Below, one piece after another: positions 1-11,730 of a stretch of DNA of 59,557 nt. Each line of letters begins with the position of its first letter. The first letter of the stretch is position 1. Made by a program: the position numbers and the translations under genes. Source of the DNA: Gammaproteobacteria bacterium (GTDB lineage: Bacteria; Pseudomonadota; Gammaproteobacteria; Steroidobacterales; JABDLF01); contig JBFIQI010000003.1 in assembly GCA_041609715.1 (NCBI GenBank), positions 1 through 59,557 of the forward strand, in the 5' to 3' direction. The notes under the pieces were generated by a model that searched no databases, was not told where the DNA came from, and saw nothing but the letters and a program-made list of their open reading frames with translations.

Positions 1-3000
1 ATTGATAACCCCGGCCCGGCGGATGTGGTTGGTCTCGAGGTGGTGGATACGCCGCCGCCAAGCTTTGTTTATGTGACGGGTTCGGCACGCCTGGATGGCA
101 GCAGCAGTGGCTTTACCGTCAGTGGCGTGAGACCCATAGTCTTTGGCGGGATCACGGTCCCGGCCGGCGGCAACGTCACCTTGTCCTATGTGCTCAGGGC
201 CGGTGCGGGTGTCGTGCCTGGCGCATATCGCAATACGGCTGTTGCGCAGATCGGGGGTTCGCCAGTCGGCAATGCTTCGTCTGCCGATATCAATGTGACC
301 GGAGATACCGACTTCTCCGAAACCACCATTGTCGGCAAGGTCTTTCACGACCTGGATGCTGACGGCTGGCAGGACGAAGGCGAGCCCGGCATTCCGGGCG
401 TGCGCCTGGCAACCGTTACCGGCCTGCTGATAGAGACCGATCAGTACGGGCGCTATCACATCGCAGGTGTGGACGGTGGTTTGATGGAGCGTGGCCGCAA
501 CTTCATCCTCAAGGCTGACCCGGCCACATTGCCACCGGGAGCCGAGTTCACGACCGAGAATCCGCGCGTGCTGCGCATTACCCAGGGCATGCTGAACCGC
601 ATCGACTTCGGCGTGCGGGTACCAGGTGCGGGTGTCGGTTGCTGCACAAGCATGGAGGCGAAGCTCAGCGAGTTCTTCTTCTTGCCGGGAAGCGCCGAGC
701 TGCGCGATGAGTTCCTGCCCATCATCAAGCAACTCGCCGACAAATTGCGGGTTCATGGTGGCGGCGTGTTGATCATCAAAGGCAGCTTTGATCAAAGCAA
801 GGAGTCAGCGGATCTGGCCCGCCAGCGCGCGCAGGCCGTTCGCGAGGTGCTGCGCCAATATCTGGGTGAGCAGCTCATGAAGAACGTAGAAATCCGTACG
901 CAGTCATCCGCGGGCGAGGCAGCCACGCATACAAGACCGCAACTAAAAGAGAGGCTGTCGCAGATGCTTGGCCGGGGCGTGCTGGCCGCACTGAGTCTCG
1001 TCGCCGGCCCGGCGTATGCGGAGGATATGTGCAGCCTGGAGACTTGTCGCACCGAAGACGGATACCTGGTGGAAATCATCGAGCATCATGCCGGCGCCGA
1101 TGCGAGCGACACGAAGTACGCAGCCCGTGATCCGAAGCATGCGGATTTGTCGGGACGGTTTGGCGTGGCTTTGCCTGGCAGCGGCATGGTCTGGGCGACC
1201 GAGGACCCGGCGGCGACCGAGCCCCGCCTGGCGGTGCAGGGTCCCACCGTCCTGCCGGCGGCGGATGGTCGCTTGATCGATGCAGTCAGCTTTACGCTTT
1301 ACACGAACTACGCGGCGTTTATCGACAGCGCAGAACTGGCTGTTTACGACGGCAAAGACACCGACCTGGTCGCTGCGCTCGCGGTCTTGCCGGTGAGCCT
1401 GAGCGGGCTCAATTCACTGAGCTGGGATGGCGAACGAGGCGATGGAAAGAGTTACTTGCCGGGCGATCAGCTTGTCTATGTCCTGCGAGTGCGCGATGCC
1501 GACGGCCGCATGGATGAAACGCGAGCCAGAATCATCGATATCGTGGATGGCCGCGATTTTGCTTACAGAAAACGCGAGCAATTCCCGGACAAGGCCCTGG
1601 CCCCAGCCGGGCCGCTCATGCACACGCCAGACGCGCAGTTGCCGTTGGCCGGCAATGTCCTGGTAATGCGACCGTCGTCGGTGGAATCTCGCAAGTACAG
1701 GCTCACGCCCCGTTTCGGTACCCGGGAAGCTACGCTGGACGATGCCGACAAGGCGAAGCTCGACGACATCATCGCCAGTTGGAAGGGTGCGGCAAACATC
1801 AATGTCGAGACCGTTGGCCATACGGATAATGTACGCATCGCGCCACAAAACCGGCATGAATTCGCCAACAACCAGGTATTGTCTGAGGCTCGCGCCCGCA
1901 GCGTGGCTGCGTATCTGACCCGTGGCCTCAAGTTATCGGCCGGGCAGGTTTCGGTCATCGGCCGGGGTGCAAGCCAGCCAATCGCCAGCAATGCGAGCGC
2001 CGAGGGCCGCGCACAGAACCGGCGCGTTGAACTTACCATCACCGGTGATGTGACTGTGGCGGAGCTCGATGTGCGGCTGGTGAACCGGGATACCGGCCAG
2101 GAGCAGGTGGTTCAGGGCGACCTGGGTGCGGCGGTAGCCGCGCTGACGCCGGGTTCAGCGGCAGCAACCCCGCAAGGCGAACGCACCTGGCGTTCCGGCG
2201 AGGGTCTGGCGGGCATCTATGGTCAGAATGACCTGGTGCGGCAGAACATTCCTGTCTATGGCAGTCGGGTTCGCGTTTACGGCCATGGTGTGCAAGCCGC
2301 CAGGGAACTGGTCATCAACGGCCAGCCCCTGCCGGTCGATCGTGAGGGGCGTTTCGCAGTCGAGTACCTGATGCCGGTCGGGAGTCACCGGTTCGCTGTT
2401 GGTTTCCTGGACAGCAATGGCAGTGGCCAGAACCGTTTCCTCGACGTCGAGGTTACGGGCCGTCACATGTTTTTGGTGGGATTGGCGGATGTGACGGTAT
2501 CGGGGAGTGATGTGAGCGGCAGCATCGAGCCGTTGTCGGGAGACGATCGTTACCAGGAAGATTTTCTGGTTGAAGGTCGGCTGGCGTTTTATCTGAAGGG
2601 CAAGGTCAAGGGTAAGTACCTGGTAACAGGCCAGATGGACACCCGGGAAGAAGAGCTGGGTGATCTGTTCAGCAATATTCACAGGAAGGACCCGCGGGCG
2701 GTATTCCGTCGTCTGGATCCTGATCGTTATTACCCGGTATATGGGGATGATTCCACCACTTACAGCGATACCGATACCCAGGGCCGGATGTATGTGCGGG
2801 TGGACTGGGACAAGAGCCAGGCGCTGTGGGGCAACTATCACACCGGGATAACCGGCAACGAGTTCGGCCAGTACAACCGCAGTCTGTATGGGGCGAAGTT
2901 CCACAATCGCTCACTGGACACCACGCAGCTGGGCGAGGCCAGGCGCGATGCCACGGTATTTATATCCGAGGCCCAGACGGCGTTGGGGCATTCCGAGTTT

Positions 3001-5088
3001 CTGGGTACGGGCGGGAGCCTGTACTACCTGCGCCACCAGGACATCTTGCCGGGCTCGGAGAAGGCCCACGTGGAGATCCGGGACCGGGATTCCAACCGGG
3101 TGGTGCAGAACCTGACCCTGGTCAGGGGTACGGACTACGAGATCGACGAGTTGCAGGGTCGGATCATTCTCAGCAAGCCGCTGGCGCAGGTGACCCAGCA
3201 GTTTGCGCCATCGCTGATCAAGGACGAGCCGCTGGATGGCAACGATGTGTTCCTGCTGGTGGATTACGAGTATGTACCGGAGGCCTTCCAGCCGGACCAC
3301 CTGACCATGGGGGCACGTGGCAAGCAGTGGCTGGGTGACAAGCTGGCGGTGGGAGTGACTGCGGTCGATGAGAATCGCGGCGGCGAGGATTACCGGATGC
3401 TGGGCGCCGATGTCACCCTGCAGGCGGGTCGCGGGACGTATCTGAAGGCCGAGATTGCCAGCACCGAGGCCACCCAGGCGCCGGTGTTTTACTCGGACAA
3501 TGGTGGTCTCAGCTTCGTCACCACCAACCCCGGCAACCAGGCCAATCGCGAGGGTGATGCCCTGGCCATTGAGGGGCGGGTGAACTTCCGCGAGCAGGGA
3601 TTGACGGACAAGGACGTGACAGCGGCCACCTGGTGGCGCCAGAGCGAAGCCGGCTTCTCGGCGGCGCGGCGCGATACCGGGGTTGAGCTGACCGAATACG
3701 GTGGCGAGATCACGGGTGAACTCAACAATCGCCTGCGGCTGTCGGCGAGGCTTGCGGTGGTGGAGCGTGCCGGGCAATCCGAGGACCAGCGCCTGGCGGT
3801 GCAGGGCGACTACCGCCTGAGCGACAAGGGCACCCTGTCTGCCGAGGTGCGCAGGCAGGAGATCGAAGACCTGGTGGCGGGCAGCTCGCTGAACAGCACG
3901 CTGGCCGCACTGCGCTACGCCTATCGCCTGAACTCCAGGCTGGATGTCTATGCCCAGGGCCAGTTCACGCTCGACAGCGACATCGGCGTGGATAACAACG
4001 ACCTCGGTACGGTGGGTGCACGCTGGCGAATGAACGACCGCAGTGACCTGGCTGCCGAATACTCGTCGGGGCATCGTGGCGAGGCTGCCACCGCGACGCT
4101 GGAACATAGGCTCAACAGCGACCATCGCGTTTATGGCACCTATACGATGTCGACGGACCGTACCACCGGTGGCGAGAACCAGATTGCCCTGGGCCACCGT
4201 TCGCGCCTCAGCAATCAACTTGCCGTGTTCAACGAGCGCCAGTTCATCCGCGGCGACAAGGAAGCCGGGGTCAGCCACGCTTTCGGATTGGACTTCATGC
4301 CCCGGCCGGGACTCAACTTCGGTCTCAGCGTGCAACATGGCGAACTCGAGGCCCTGACCGGGCTGGTGGAGCGTGATGCGGCGACCCTCAGCGGCGGGTA
4401 TCGGGGAGAGCGGCTGCGCTGGCAAAGCAAACTGGAATTCCGTGATGACTCCGGGGCCGAACAGCGCGAGCAGCGCCTGACCAGCAACCGCTTCAACTGG
4501 CGCTTTAACGAAGCACTGCGCTTGCTGGCACGCTTCAATTATTCGGATACTGAAGACCTGCTCGATCCGAATTTCAATGCTCACTTCGTCGAAGGTGGAC
4601 TGGGACTTGCCTATCGGCCGGTCGCGAACGACCGTCTGAACTTGCTGGCCAAGTACACCTACCTGTACGACTTGCCGAGCATTGCCCAGCTAAATGCGGG
4701 CACGGATCAGCGTTCCAACGTGTTTTCCCTGGAAGGCATCTACCGCGTCAGTCCGCGTTGGGAACTGGGCGGCAAGCTGGCGCGTCGCAAGGGTGAATTG
4801 CGTGCCGATCGCGATGTGGGGGCATGGTATCCAAGCACGGTCAATTTCCAGTCAATACGCGCACGTTATCACCTGATCAAGCGCTGGGATGGTGTCCTCG
4901 AGTACCGGCGCCTCGAGGTGCGCGAGAACGACAGTGTGCGCGACGGTTTACTGGCCCAGATCGATCGTCACTTTAACCAGCACTTCAAGGTGGGCGTGGG
5001 ATACAACTTCACCGATTTCAGTGATGACCTGACCAATCTCGATTACGACCACAAGGGCTGGTTCCTCAACCTGGTTGGCAAGTACTGA
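1..5088 (+). CDS. Giant outer-membrane protein, 5'-truncated by window edge: DUF11 repeat, SdrD-B-like domain, two OmpA/MotB-like domains, C-terminal beta-barrel
   Basis: Frame 1 is open from base 1 (IDNPGPADVVGLEVVDTPP, DUF11-like). IVGKVFHDLDADGWQDEGEPGIPGVRL is SdrD-B-like. OmpA motifs LARQRAQAV and GHTD...LSEARARSV...NRRVEL. Amphipathic beta-strand C-terminus ends WFLNLVGKY. Confidence 0.8.
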   Translation: MDNPGPADVVGLEVVDTPPPSFVYVTGSARLDGSSSGFTVSGVRPIVFGGITVPAGGNVTLSYVLRAGAGVVPGAYRNTAVAQIGGSPVGNASSADINVTGDTDFSETTIVGKVFHDLDADGWQDEGEPGIPGVRLATVTGLLIETDQYGRYHIAGVDGGLMERGRNFILKADPATLPPGAEFTTENPRVLRITQGMLNRIDFGVRVPGAGVGCCTSMEAKLSEFFFLPGSAELRDEFLPIIKQLADKLRVHGGGVLIIKGSFDQSKESADLARQRAQAVREVLRQYLGEQLMKNVEIRTQSSAGEAATHTRPQLKERLSQMLGRGVLAALSLVAGPAYAEDMCSLETCRTEDGYLVEIIEHHAGADASDTKYAARDPKHADLSGRFGVALPGSGMVWATEDPAATEPRLAVQGPTVLPAADGRLIDAVSFTLYTNYAAFIDSAELAVYDGKDTDLVAALAVLPVSLSGLNSLSWDGERGDGKSYLPGDQLVYVLRVRDADGRMDETRARIIDIVDGRDFAYRKREQFPDKALAPAGPLMHTPDAQLPLAGNVLVMRPSSVESRKYRLTPRFGTREATLDDADKAKLDDIIASWKGAANINVETVGHTDNVRIAPQNRHEFANNQVLSEARARSVAAYLTRGLKLSAGQVSVIGRGASQPIASNASAEGRAQNRRVELTITGDVTVAELDVRLVNRDTGQEQVVQGDLGAAVAALTPGSAAATPQGERTWRSGEGLAGIYGQNDLVRQNIPVYGSRVRVYGHGVQAARELVINGQPLPVDREGRFAVEYLMPVGSHRFAVGFLDSNGSGQNRFLDVEVTGRHMFLVGLADVTVSGSDVSGSIEPLSGDDRYQEDFLVEGRLAFYLKGKVKGKYLVTGQMDTREEELGDLFSNIHRKDPRAVFRRLDPDRYYPVYGDDSTTYSDTDTQGRMYVRVDWDKSQALWGNYHTGITGNEFGQYNRSLYGAKFHNRSLDTTQLGEARRDATVFISEAQTALGHSEFLGTGGSLYYLRHQDILPGSEKAHVEIRDRDSNRVVQNLTLVRGTDYEIDELQGRIILSKPLAQVTQQFAPSLIKDEPLDGNDVFLLVDYEYVPEAFQPDHLTMGARGKQWLGDKLAVGVTAVDENRGGEDYRMLGADVTLQAGRGTYLKAEIASTEATQAPVFYSDNGGLSFVTTNPGNQANREGDALAIEGRVNFREQGLTDKDVTAATWWRQSEAGFSAARRDTGVELTEYGGEITGELNNRLRLSARLAVVERAGQSEDQRLAVQGDYRLSDKGTLSAEVRRQEIEDLVAGSSLNSTLAALRYAYRLNSRLDVYAQGQFTLDSDIGVDNNDLGTVGARWRMNDRSDLAAEYSSGHRGEAATATLEHRLNSDHRVYGTYTMSTDRTTGGENQIALGHRSRLSNQLAVFNERQFIRGDKEAGVSHAFGLDFMPRPGLNFGLSVQHGELEALTGLVERDAATLSGGYRGERLRWQSKLEFRDDSGAEQREQRLTSNRFNWRFNEALRLLARFNYSDTEDLLDPNFNAHFVEGGLGLAYRPVANDRLNLLAKYTYLYDLPSIAQLNAGTDQRSNVFSLEGIYRVSPRWELGGKLARRKGELRADRDVGAWYPSTVNFQSIRARYHLIKRWDGVLEYRRLEVRENDSVRDGLLAQIDRHFNQHFKVGVGYNFTDFSDDLTNLDYDHKGWFLNLVGKY

Positions 5089-5133
5089 CCCAGGCTGGCA
5101 GCACCAGGGTGCAGGAAGGTCGTGCAGACAAAC

Positions 5134-5159
5134 AAAAAGGTCGCAGCAGCGGCCTTTTT
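5134..5159. terminator. Bidirectional rho-independent terminator
   Basis: AAAAAGGTCGC-AGCA-GCGGCCTTTTT hairpin with A/T tails, just after the giant ORF. Confidence 0.75.
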
Positions 5160-5377
5160 GATTACCGGCGAATGGGCAGCGCAAGTTCGACTCGGCTCAA
5201 TGACGAGTCGCCCAGGTCAATGGGCCAAGTCCGCTGCGCAAGATGCCGCCAGTGGCCTGCGGCTCGCAGTTTTGCCCGGACCACACCGGCTGGAGCCGTA
5301 AAACCCGGGACCATGGCATACTTCGCGGCGGAAAATCTGAAATCTTCCGCGGCAACGATGATCTGAAGGGGAATCTG

Positions 5378-6925
5378 ATGTCAGAAAAAGAACCAGCAAA
5401 AACCCACGCCTCGGACATGCCAGGATTCCTGGGAACCGTCGAGCGTATCGGTAACAAGCTGCCGGACCCGGCCATGCTGTTCGTCGGGCTTTTGTTCATC
5501 GTCTGGGTGCTTTCCTGGCTGCTGTCCTATGTGAGTTTTGAGCTGGTAGATCCGCGTACCGGTAATCCGCTGGTGGTAAAAAACCTGTTGGCGCCGAGCG
5601 CCATAACCGAATTCCTTTCGGTGATGGTGACCAACTTTTCGCATTTTCATCCGGTTGGCGTAGTACTGGTTGCCATGCTGGGCATCGGGGTTGCGGAGCA
5701 CACCGGCTTTATCAACGCAGCTATCCGTTCCCTGTTGAACGTCACGCCGAAGTCGCTGCTCACGCCGATGGTCATCCTGGTGGGCATCGTCAGTCACTCG
5801 GCCGTGGACGCGGGTTACGTGCTGGTGATTCCCCTGGGTGGCGTAATTTTCTATGCGGCGGGGCGGCACCCGCTGGCCGGCATCGCCTGCGCTTTTGCCG
5901 GGGTCTCGGGCGGGTTTTCGGCCAATTTCGTGCCGTCATCCCTGGATCCCCTGCTCCAGGGGCTGACCCAGGAAGGGGCGCGCATTCTTGACCCCAGTAT
6001 CGAGCTCAACACCCTCAACAACTACTTCTTTACCACCGCCTCATCGCTGCTGATCGTCAGTCTGGGCTGGTATATCACTGACAAAGTCGTCGAGCCGCGC
6101 CTGGCCGGTACGGCGATCGATGGAGAGGCCGAGGATTTGCCGGAAATGCATGACCTCGCGGACAGCGAGCGCAAGGGTCTGCGTTGGTCGCTGGTAGCCA
6201 TGGTGGTGGGCCTGGTCATTCTGTTTGTGACCGCTTTTCCCGACGGTTCGGCGTGGCGCAGCCCCACCGGGAACATTACCGCTTTTGATGCGCCCATGAT
6301 GCGCGCAATCGTTGCGCTTATTTTCCTGTTGTTCCTGGTGCCCGGTGTCGTCTTTGGCATTGTTTCCGGTTCCATGAAGAGTTCACGGGACATGATCGAA
6401 GGCATGACTCACGCTATGCATAGCATGGCTTACTACCTGGTGATCATGTTTTTCATCGCCCAATTCGTATACGCCTTCGGCCAGTCGAACCTGGGTGTGC
6501 TGCTGGCGCTGGAGGGCGCCGCGTTCCTGCGCTGGCTGGCGATGCCTGCGGCGATCACCATCATCGGCATCGTGCTGCTGACTGCTTTTGTAAACATTTT
6601 CGTAGGTTCTGCCAGCGGAAAATGGGGGCTGCTGGCACCGATATTCGTTCCTATGCTGATGTCGCTGGGGATATCGCCGGACCTGACTCAGGCCGCTTAT
6701 CGTGTCGGTGATTCAAGCACCAACATCATTACACCGCTGATGCCGTATTTTCCGCTGGTGGTTGTTTACTGCCAGCGATACGTGAAGTCCACCGGAATCG
6801 GGACGCTGACGGCGATGATGTTGCCGTACTCGATCTGGTTCCTGGTGACCTGGACGGCGTTCCTGTTGCTGTACTACTGGATCGGGCTGCCGCTGGGCTT
6901 CCAGTCCAGTTACACCTACCCGTAA
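5378..6925 (+). CDS. abgT: AbgT-family transporter
   Basis: ERIGNKLPDP, GVSGGFSAN and AAYRVGDSSTNIITPLMPYF motifs; multi-TM; start placed at MSEKE (ATG 5378). Confidence 0.9.
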   Translation: MSEKEPAKTHASDMPGFLGTVERIGNKLPDPAMLFVGLLFIVWVLSWLLSYVSFELVDPRTGNPLVVKNLLAPSAITEFLSVMVTNFSHFHPVGVVLVAMLGIGVAEHTGFINAAIRSLLNVTPKSLLTPMVILVGIVSHSAVDAGYVLVIPLGGVIFYAAGRHPLAGIACAFAGVSGGFSANFVPSSLDPLLQGLTQEGARILDPSIELNTLNNYFFTTASSLLIVSLGWYITDKVVEPRLAGTAIDGEAEDLPEMHDLADSERKGLRWSLVAMVVGLVILFVTAFPDGSAWRSPTGNITAFDAPMMRAIVALIFLLFLVPGVVFGIVSGSMKSSRDMIEGMTHAMHSMAYYLVIMFFIAQFVYAFGQSNLGVLLALEGAAFLRWLAMPAAITIIGIVLLTAFVNIFVGSASGKWGLLAPIFVPMLMSLGISPDLTQAAYRVGDSSTNIITPLMPYFPLVVVYCQRYVKSTGIGTLTAMMLPYSIWFLVTWTAFLLLYYWIGLPLGFQSSYTYP

Positions 6926-6974
6926 CGGCCGGCCAGGCCGGGACGGAATCGGGCGCCGCGAGCGCACCGGGACG

Positions 6975-7631
6975 ATGGTGGACCAGCAAGGGTTTGACAG
7001 GGCGCTGCAGCAAGCGCTGGACGCCCAGCCCGAGCCTCTGCCGGCAGGCGCCTCGCGGCAGTTTGCCGAATTTCTGCACCTGCTCTGGAAGTGGAATCAG
7101 ACCTGGAACCTGACGGCGGTAAGGGATCCCGTACAAATGGTTACCCGCCACCTGGCGGACAGCTTGAGCGTGCGCCGGTGGATCAGAGGGCACTCCATCG
7201 CGGATGTGGGCTCCGGGGCGGGGCTGCCTGGCATCCCGCTGGCTATCGCGGAGCCGGAACGGCAGTTTGTGCTGATTGACAGCGCCGCCAAGCGCACCCG
7301 TTTCATGATTCAGGCCGCAGCCGCCCTGGGGCTCAGCAACATCCAGGTGGTGCGCAGCCGGGCCCAGGACTACCACCCGGATTCAGGCTTTGATACCGTG
7401 ATCAGCCGTGCTTTTGCCTCGCTGGCGGATTTCACCGCCGCCGCGGGTCATCTGGCCGGGCCCGGCGGGCGCTTGCTGGCCATGAAAGGCCAGTATCCAG
7501 AGGATGAAATAGCGGCGCTGACCGGCTCCTGGGGGGTAAGGTCTGTGGATCCCGTTAGAGTCCCGGGGCTCGCGGCAGAACGACATGTGGTCGTATTGAA
7601 TGCGGATACCGGCACTGCCGGGCAAGAATAA
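6975..7631 (+). CDS. rsmG: 16S rRNA m7G527 methyltransferase
   Basis: KWNQTWNLTA, HLADSL, DVGSGAGLPGIPLAI, SRAF; lies upstream of parAB-atp. Confidence 0.96.
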   Translation: MVDQQGFDRALQQALDAQPEPLPAGASRQFAEFLHLLWKWNQTWNLTAVRDPVQMVTRHLADSLSVRRWIRGHSIADVGSGAGLPGIPLAIAEPERQFVLIDSAAKRTRFMIQAAAALGLSNIQVVRSRAQDYHPDSGFDTVISRAFASLADFTAAAGHLAGPGGRLLAMKGQYPEDEIAALTGSWGVRSVDPVRVPGLAAERHVVVLNADTGTAGQE

Positions 7632-7633
7632 AC

Positions 7634-8407
7634 ATGACCAGGATCATCGCAGTTGCAAACCAGAAAGGCGGGGTGGGTAAAACCACGACCAGCGTAAATC
7701 TCGCTGCGTCGCTGGCTGTGACCCGCCACAAGGTATTGCTGGTGGACCTGGATCCCCAGGGTAATGCCACCATGGGCTCCGGCATCGACAAGGGTAGCCT
7801 GGAAAAGTCGGCCTGCGACCTGATGCTGGGCGAGTGTACGGCAGAGGAAGCCATTGTCAGGGCCGAAAAGGCCGGTTTTGATCTGCTGCCGGCGAACTCC
7901 GACCTGACGGCGGCTGAAGTCAGCCTGGTGAGCGAGTTCAGCCGCGAGAGCCGACTGCGGCGGGCACTGGAACCCATAGTTGACCGTTACGAATGGATTT
8001 TTATCGACTGCCCACCGTCGCTGAATATGCTCACCATCAATGCGCTCAGCGCCGCGGATGGTGTGCTGATTCCCATCCAGTGCGAATACTATGCGCTGGA
8101 AGGCCTGAGCGCGCTGATTCGTACGGTGGAGCAGATTCGTGAGGCGGTTAATCCGGGCCTCGAGGTCTTAGGCATTTTGCGCACCATGTACGACCCGCGG
8201 AATAACCTGGCCAATGATGTTTCGTCGCAGCTCATCATGCACTTTGGCGACAAGGTGTTCCGAACGGTCATTCCGCGTAACGTGCGACTGGCCGAGGCTC
8301 CAAGCTACGGGGTCCCGGTGCTGTTGCATGACAAGCAATCACGTGGCGCCATGTCCTACCTGGCGCTGGCGGGCGAGCTGAGTCATCGGGACCACCCGCC
8401 GCACTGA
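7634..8407 (+). CDS. parA: Chromosome partitioning ATPase ParA/Soj
   Basis: NQKGGVGKTTT deviant Walker A, DLDPQGNAT, QCEYYALEGL, PRNVRLAEAPS. Confidence 0.96.
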   Translation: MTRIIAVANQKGGVGKTTTSVNLAASLAVTRHKVLLVDLDPQGNATMGSGIDKGSLEKSACDLMLGECTAEEAIVRAEKAGFDLLPANSDLTAAEVSLVSEFSRESRLRRALEPIVDRYEWIFIDCPPSLNMLTINALSAADGVLIPIQCEYYALEGLSALIRTVEQIREAVNPGLEVLGILRTMYDPRNNLANDVSSQLIMHFGDKVFRTVIPRNVRLAEAPSYGVPVLLHDKQSRGAMSYLALAGELSHRDHPPH

Positions 8408-8579
8408 GCCATCGTCGACAGCCGCTGCGGAGCGGGCAGGCTGGCCAGCCGGGATTTTGGCTGGCGTAGCGGGGGTGCTTGTGTGGCCGGTTGCGGTTGC
8501 AAGGGGTGAGCGGCGAAGCTGCTAGAATCGGTTCCTGAGTGCATTGGCCGGCTTGCGGCCCGGGACGACGAGAAAAAAT

Positions 8580-9470
8580 ATGGCAACAAAGAGACGCGGT
8601 CTTGGTCGGGATCTGGCGGCCCTGCTGGGCACCAGCGGTGCGGCTACGGAAACCGTAACGGATGCGCCCATAAGCCGCGGCACTTCCCGGGATGCCCTGC
8701 GGGCTTTGCCGGTGGACATACTGCAGCGCGGCCAGTATCAGCCTCGCGAAGATATGCGCACCGAAACCCTCGACGATCTCGCCAACTCCATCCGCGCCCA
8801 GGGGGTTGTGCAGCCCATCGTGGTGCGGCCCCTGCCCGGGGGCGGTGAAACGCGTTACGAGATCATTGCGGGCGAACGCCGCTGGCGGGCTGCGCAGATT
8901 GCCGGTCTGGACGAAATTCCCGCGGTTGTTCGAGATGTTCCAGACGAAGCGGCGGTGGCCATGTCGCTGATCGAGAATATCCAGCGTGAGAATCTCAATC
9001 CGCTGGAAGAAGCGCGCGCCTTGCAGCGCCTGACTGCCGAATTCGATATGACTCACGAGCAGGCCGCCCAGGCCGTGGGGCGCTCACGCAGCGCTGTGAG
9101 CAATCTGCTGCGGCTGCTGGAGCTGGAGGAAGGGGTGCGCGCAATGGTGGAAGGCCGCGAGCTGGAAATGGGTCACGCCCGGGCGCTGCTGGGCCTGCCG
9201 CCCGGCCGGCAGCTGGAGCTGGCGCGGGAAGTGGCGCGACGCGGCTTGTCGGTCCGGGAGACCGAACGCCTGGTGAAGCAGCAGCAAAGGCCGAAAAAGA
9301 GCAAGCCGGCCGCGAAAATTGATCCCAACATCCGTGCACTGGAATCCGACCTCACCGAAAAGCTGGGTGCCCGCGTCAGGGTGCAGCCGACCGCAAAGGG
9401 CAAGGGCAAGCTGGTTATCGCCTACAACAGCCTGGATGAGCTGGAAGGCATCCTGGAACACATCAAGTAA
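8580..9470 (+). CDS. parB: Chromosome partitioning protein ParB/Spo0J
   Basis: KRRGLGRDL N-terminus, QPR, IIAGERRWRAA arginine patch, LIENIQRENLNP; start placed at MATKR. Confidence 0.96.
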   Translation: MATKRRGLGRDLAALLGTSGAATETVTDAPISRGTSRDALRALPVDILQRGQYQPREDMRTETLDDLANSIRAQGVVQPIVVRPLPGGGETRYEIIAGERRWRAAQIAGLDEIPAVVRDVPDEAAVAMSLIENIQRENLNPLEEARALQRLTAEFDMTHEQAAQAVGRSRSAVSNLLRLLELEEGVRAMVEGRELEMGHARALLGLPPGRQLELAREVARRGLSVRETERLVKQQQRPKKSKPAAKIDPNIRALESDLTEKLGARVRVQPTAKGKGKLVIAYNSLDELEGILEHIK

Positions 9471-9522
9471 GCCGCGAGCGCCAGAAACAGGAAATAAAGC
9501 GGTTTTTCGCGCCCCCGGGTTG

Positions 9523-9551
9523 TTGTACGGACCCAGCGTCCACACTATAAT
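9523..9551 (+). promoter_or_regulatory. Sigma70 promoter of the atp operon
   Basis: TTGTAC-N17-TATAAT upstream of atpI. Confidence 0.7.
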
Positions 9552-9617
9552 ACCGCGGCTCTGAGGCCCCCCGGGGGAGGCCCTGGACAGACGCCACAGA
9601 CCGCGGCAAGCCGGGAA

Positions 9618-10896
<1,279 letters not shown>

Positions 10897-10912
10897 CCGG
10901 ACTAGATCCTAA

Positions 10913-11206
<294 letters not shown>

Positions 11207-11254
11207 TTGGAATCGCTGCGCCAGCCGTAGCCGTTTTCAAGCAGGAGCAGACTG

Positions 11255-11725
11255 TTGGATATTAATTTGACCCTGATAGGCCAGTCGATCGCCATGCTGG
11301 TGTTCGTGTGGTTTTGCATGAAATTCATCTGGCCGCCCTTGTTGGCCGCCATCGAGGAGCGTCGCGAAAAGATTGCCGATGGCCTCGCTGCCGGCGAACG
11401 TGCAGAGCAGGATCTCGAGCGGGCCCGCGAGGAAGCTGCTGGCATTGTCGCCGAGGCTCGTCAAAACGCCCTCGACATCGTGGCCCAGGCCAACCAGCGT
11501 TCCAATGAAATGATCGATGCCGCCCGTGACAAGGCTGGCAGCGAAGCGGAGCGTATCAAGGCCCAGGCCCATGCAGAAATTCAGCAGGAGATCGAGCAGG
11601 CACGCACCGCGCTGCGGCGCGAAGTGGCCGCCATTGCCGTGGGCGGCGCCAGGCAGCTATTGGGTCGCGAAGTCGACGAGGCCGCCAACGCCGACCTGCT
11701 GGACAAACTGGCCAGCGAGCTCTGA
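11255..11725 (+). CDS. atpF: F0 subunit b
   Basis: INLTLIGQ...[20 protein letters not shown]; TTG start after AGGAG. Confidence 0.97.
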   Translation: MDINLTLIGQSIAMLVFVWFCMKFIWPPLLAAIEERREKIADGLAAGERAEQDLERAREEAAGIVAEARQNALDIVAQANQRSNEMIDAARDKAGSEAERIKAQAHAEIQQEIEQARTALRREVAAIAVGGARQLLGREVDEAANADLLDKLASEL

Positions 11726-11730
11726 TTCCC

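Noticed and set aside
2911-4584. 557-aa minus-strand ORF
   Set aside because: Antisense shadow of the giant OMP gene, as expected from GC-rich codon bias; no motifs.
5186-5210. GACTCG-N9-CGAGTC hairpin as a REP element
   Set aside because: Only one copy seen in the window.
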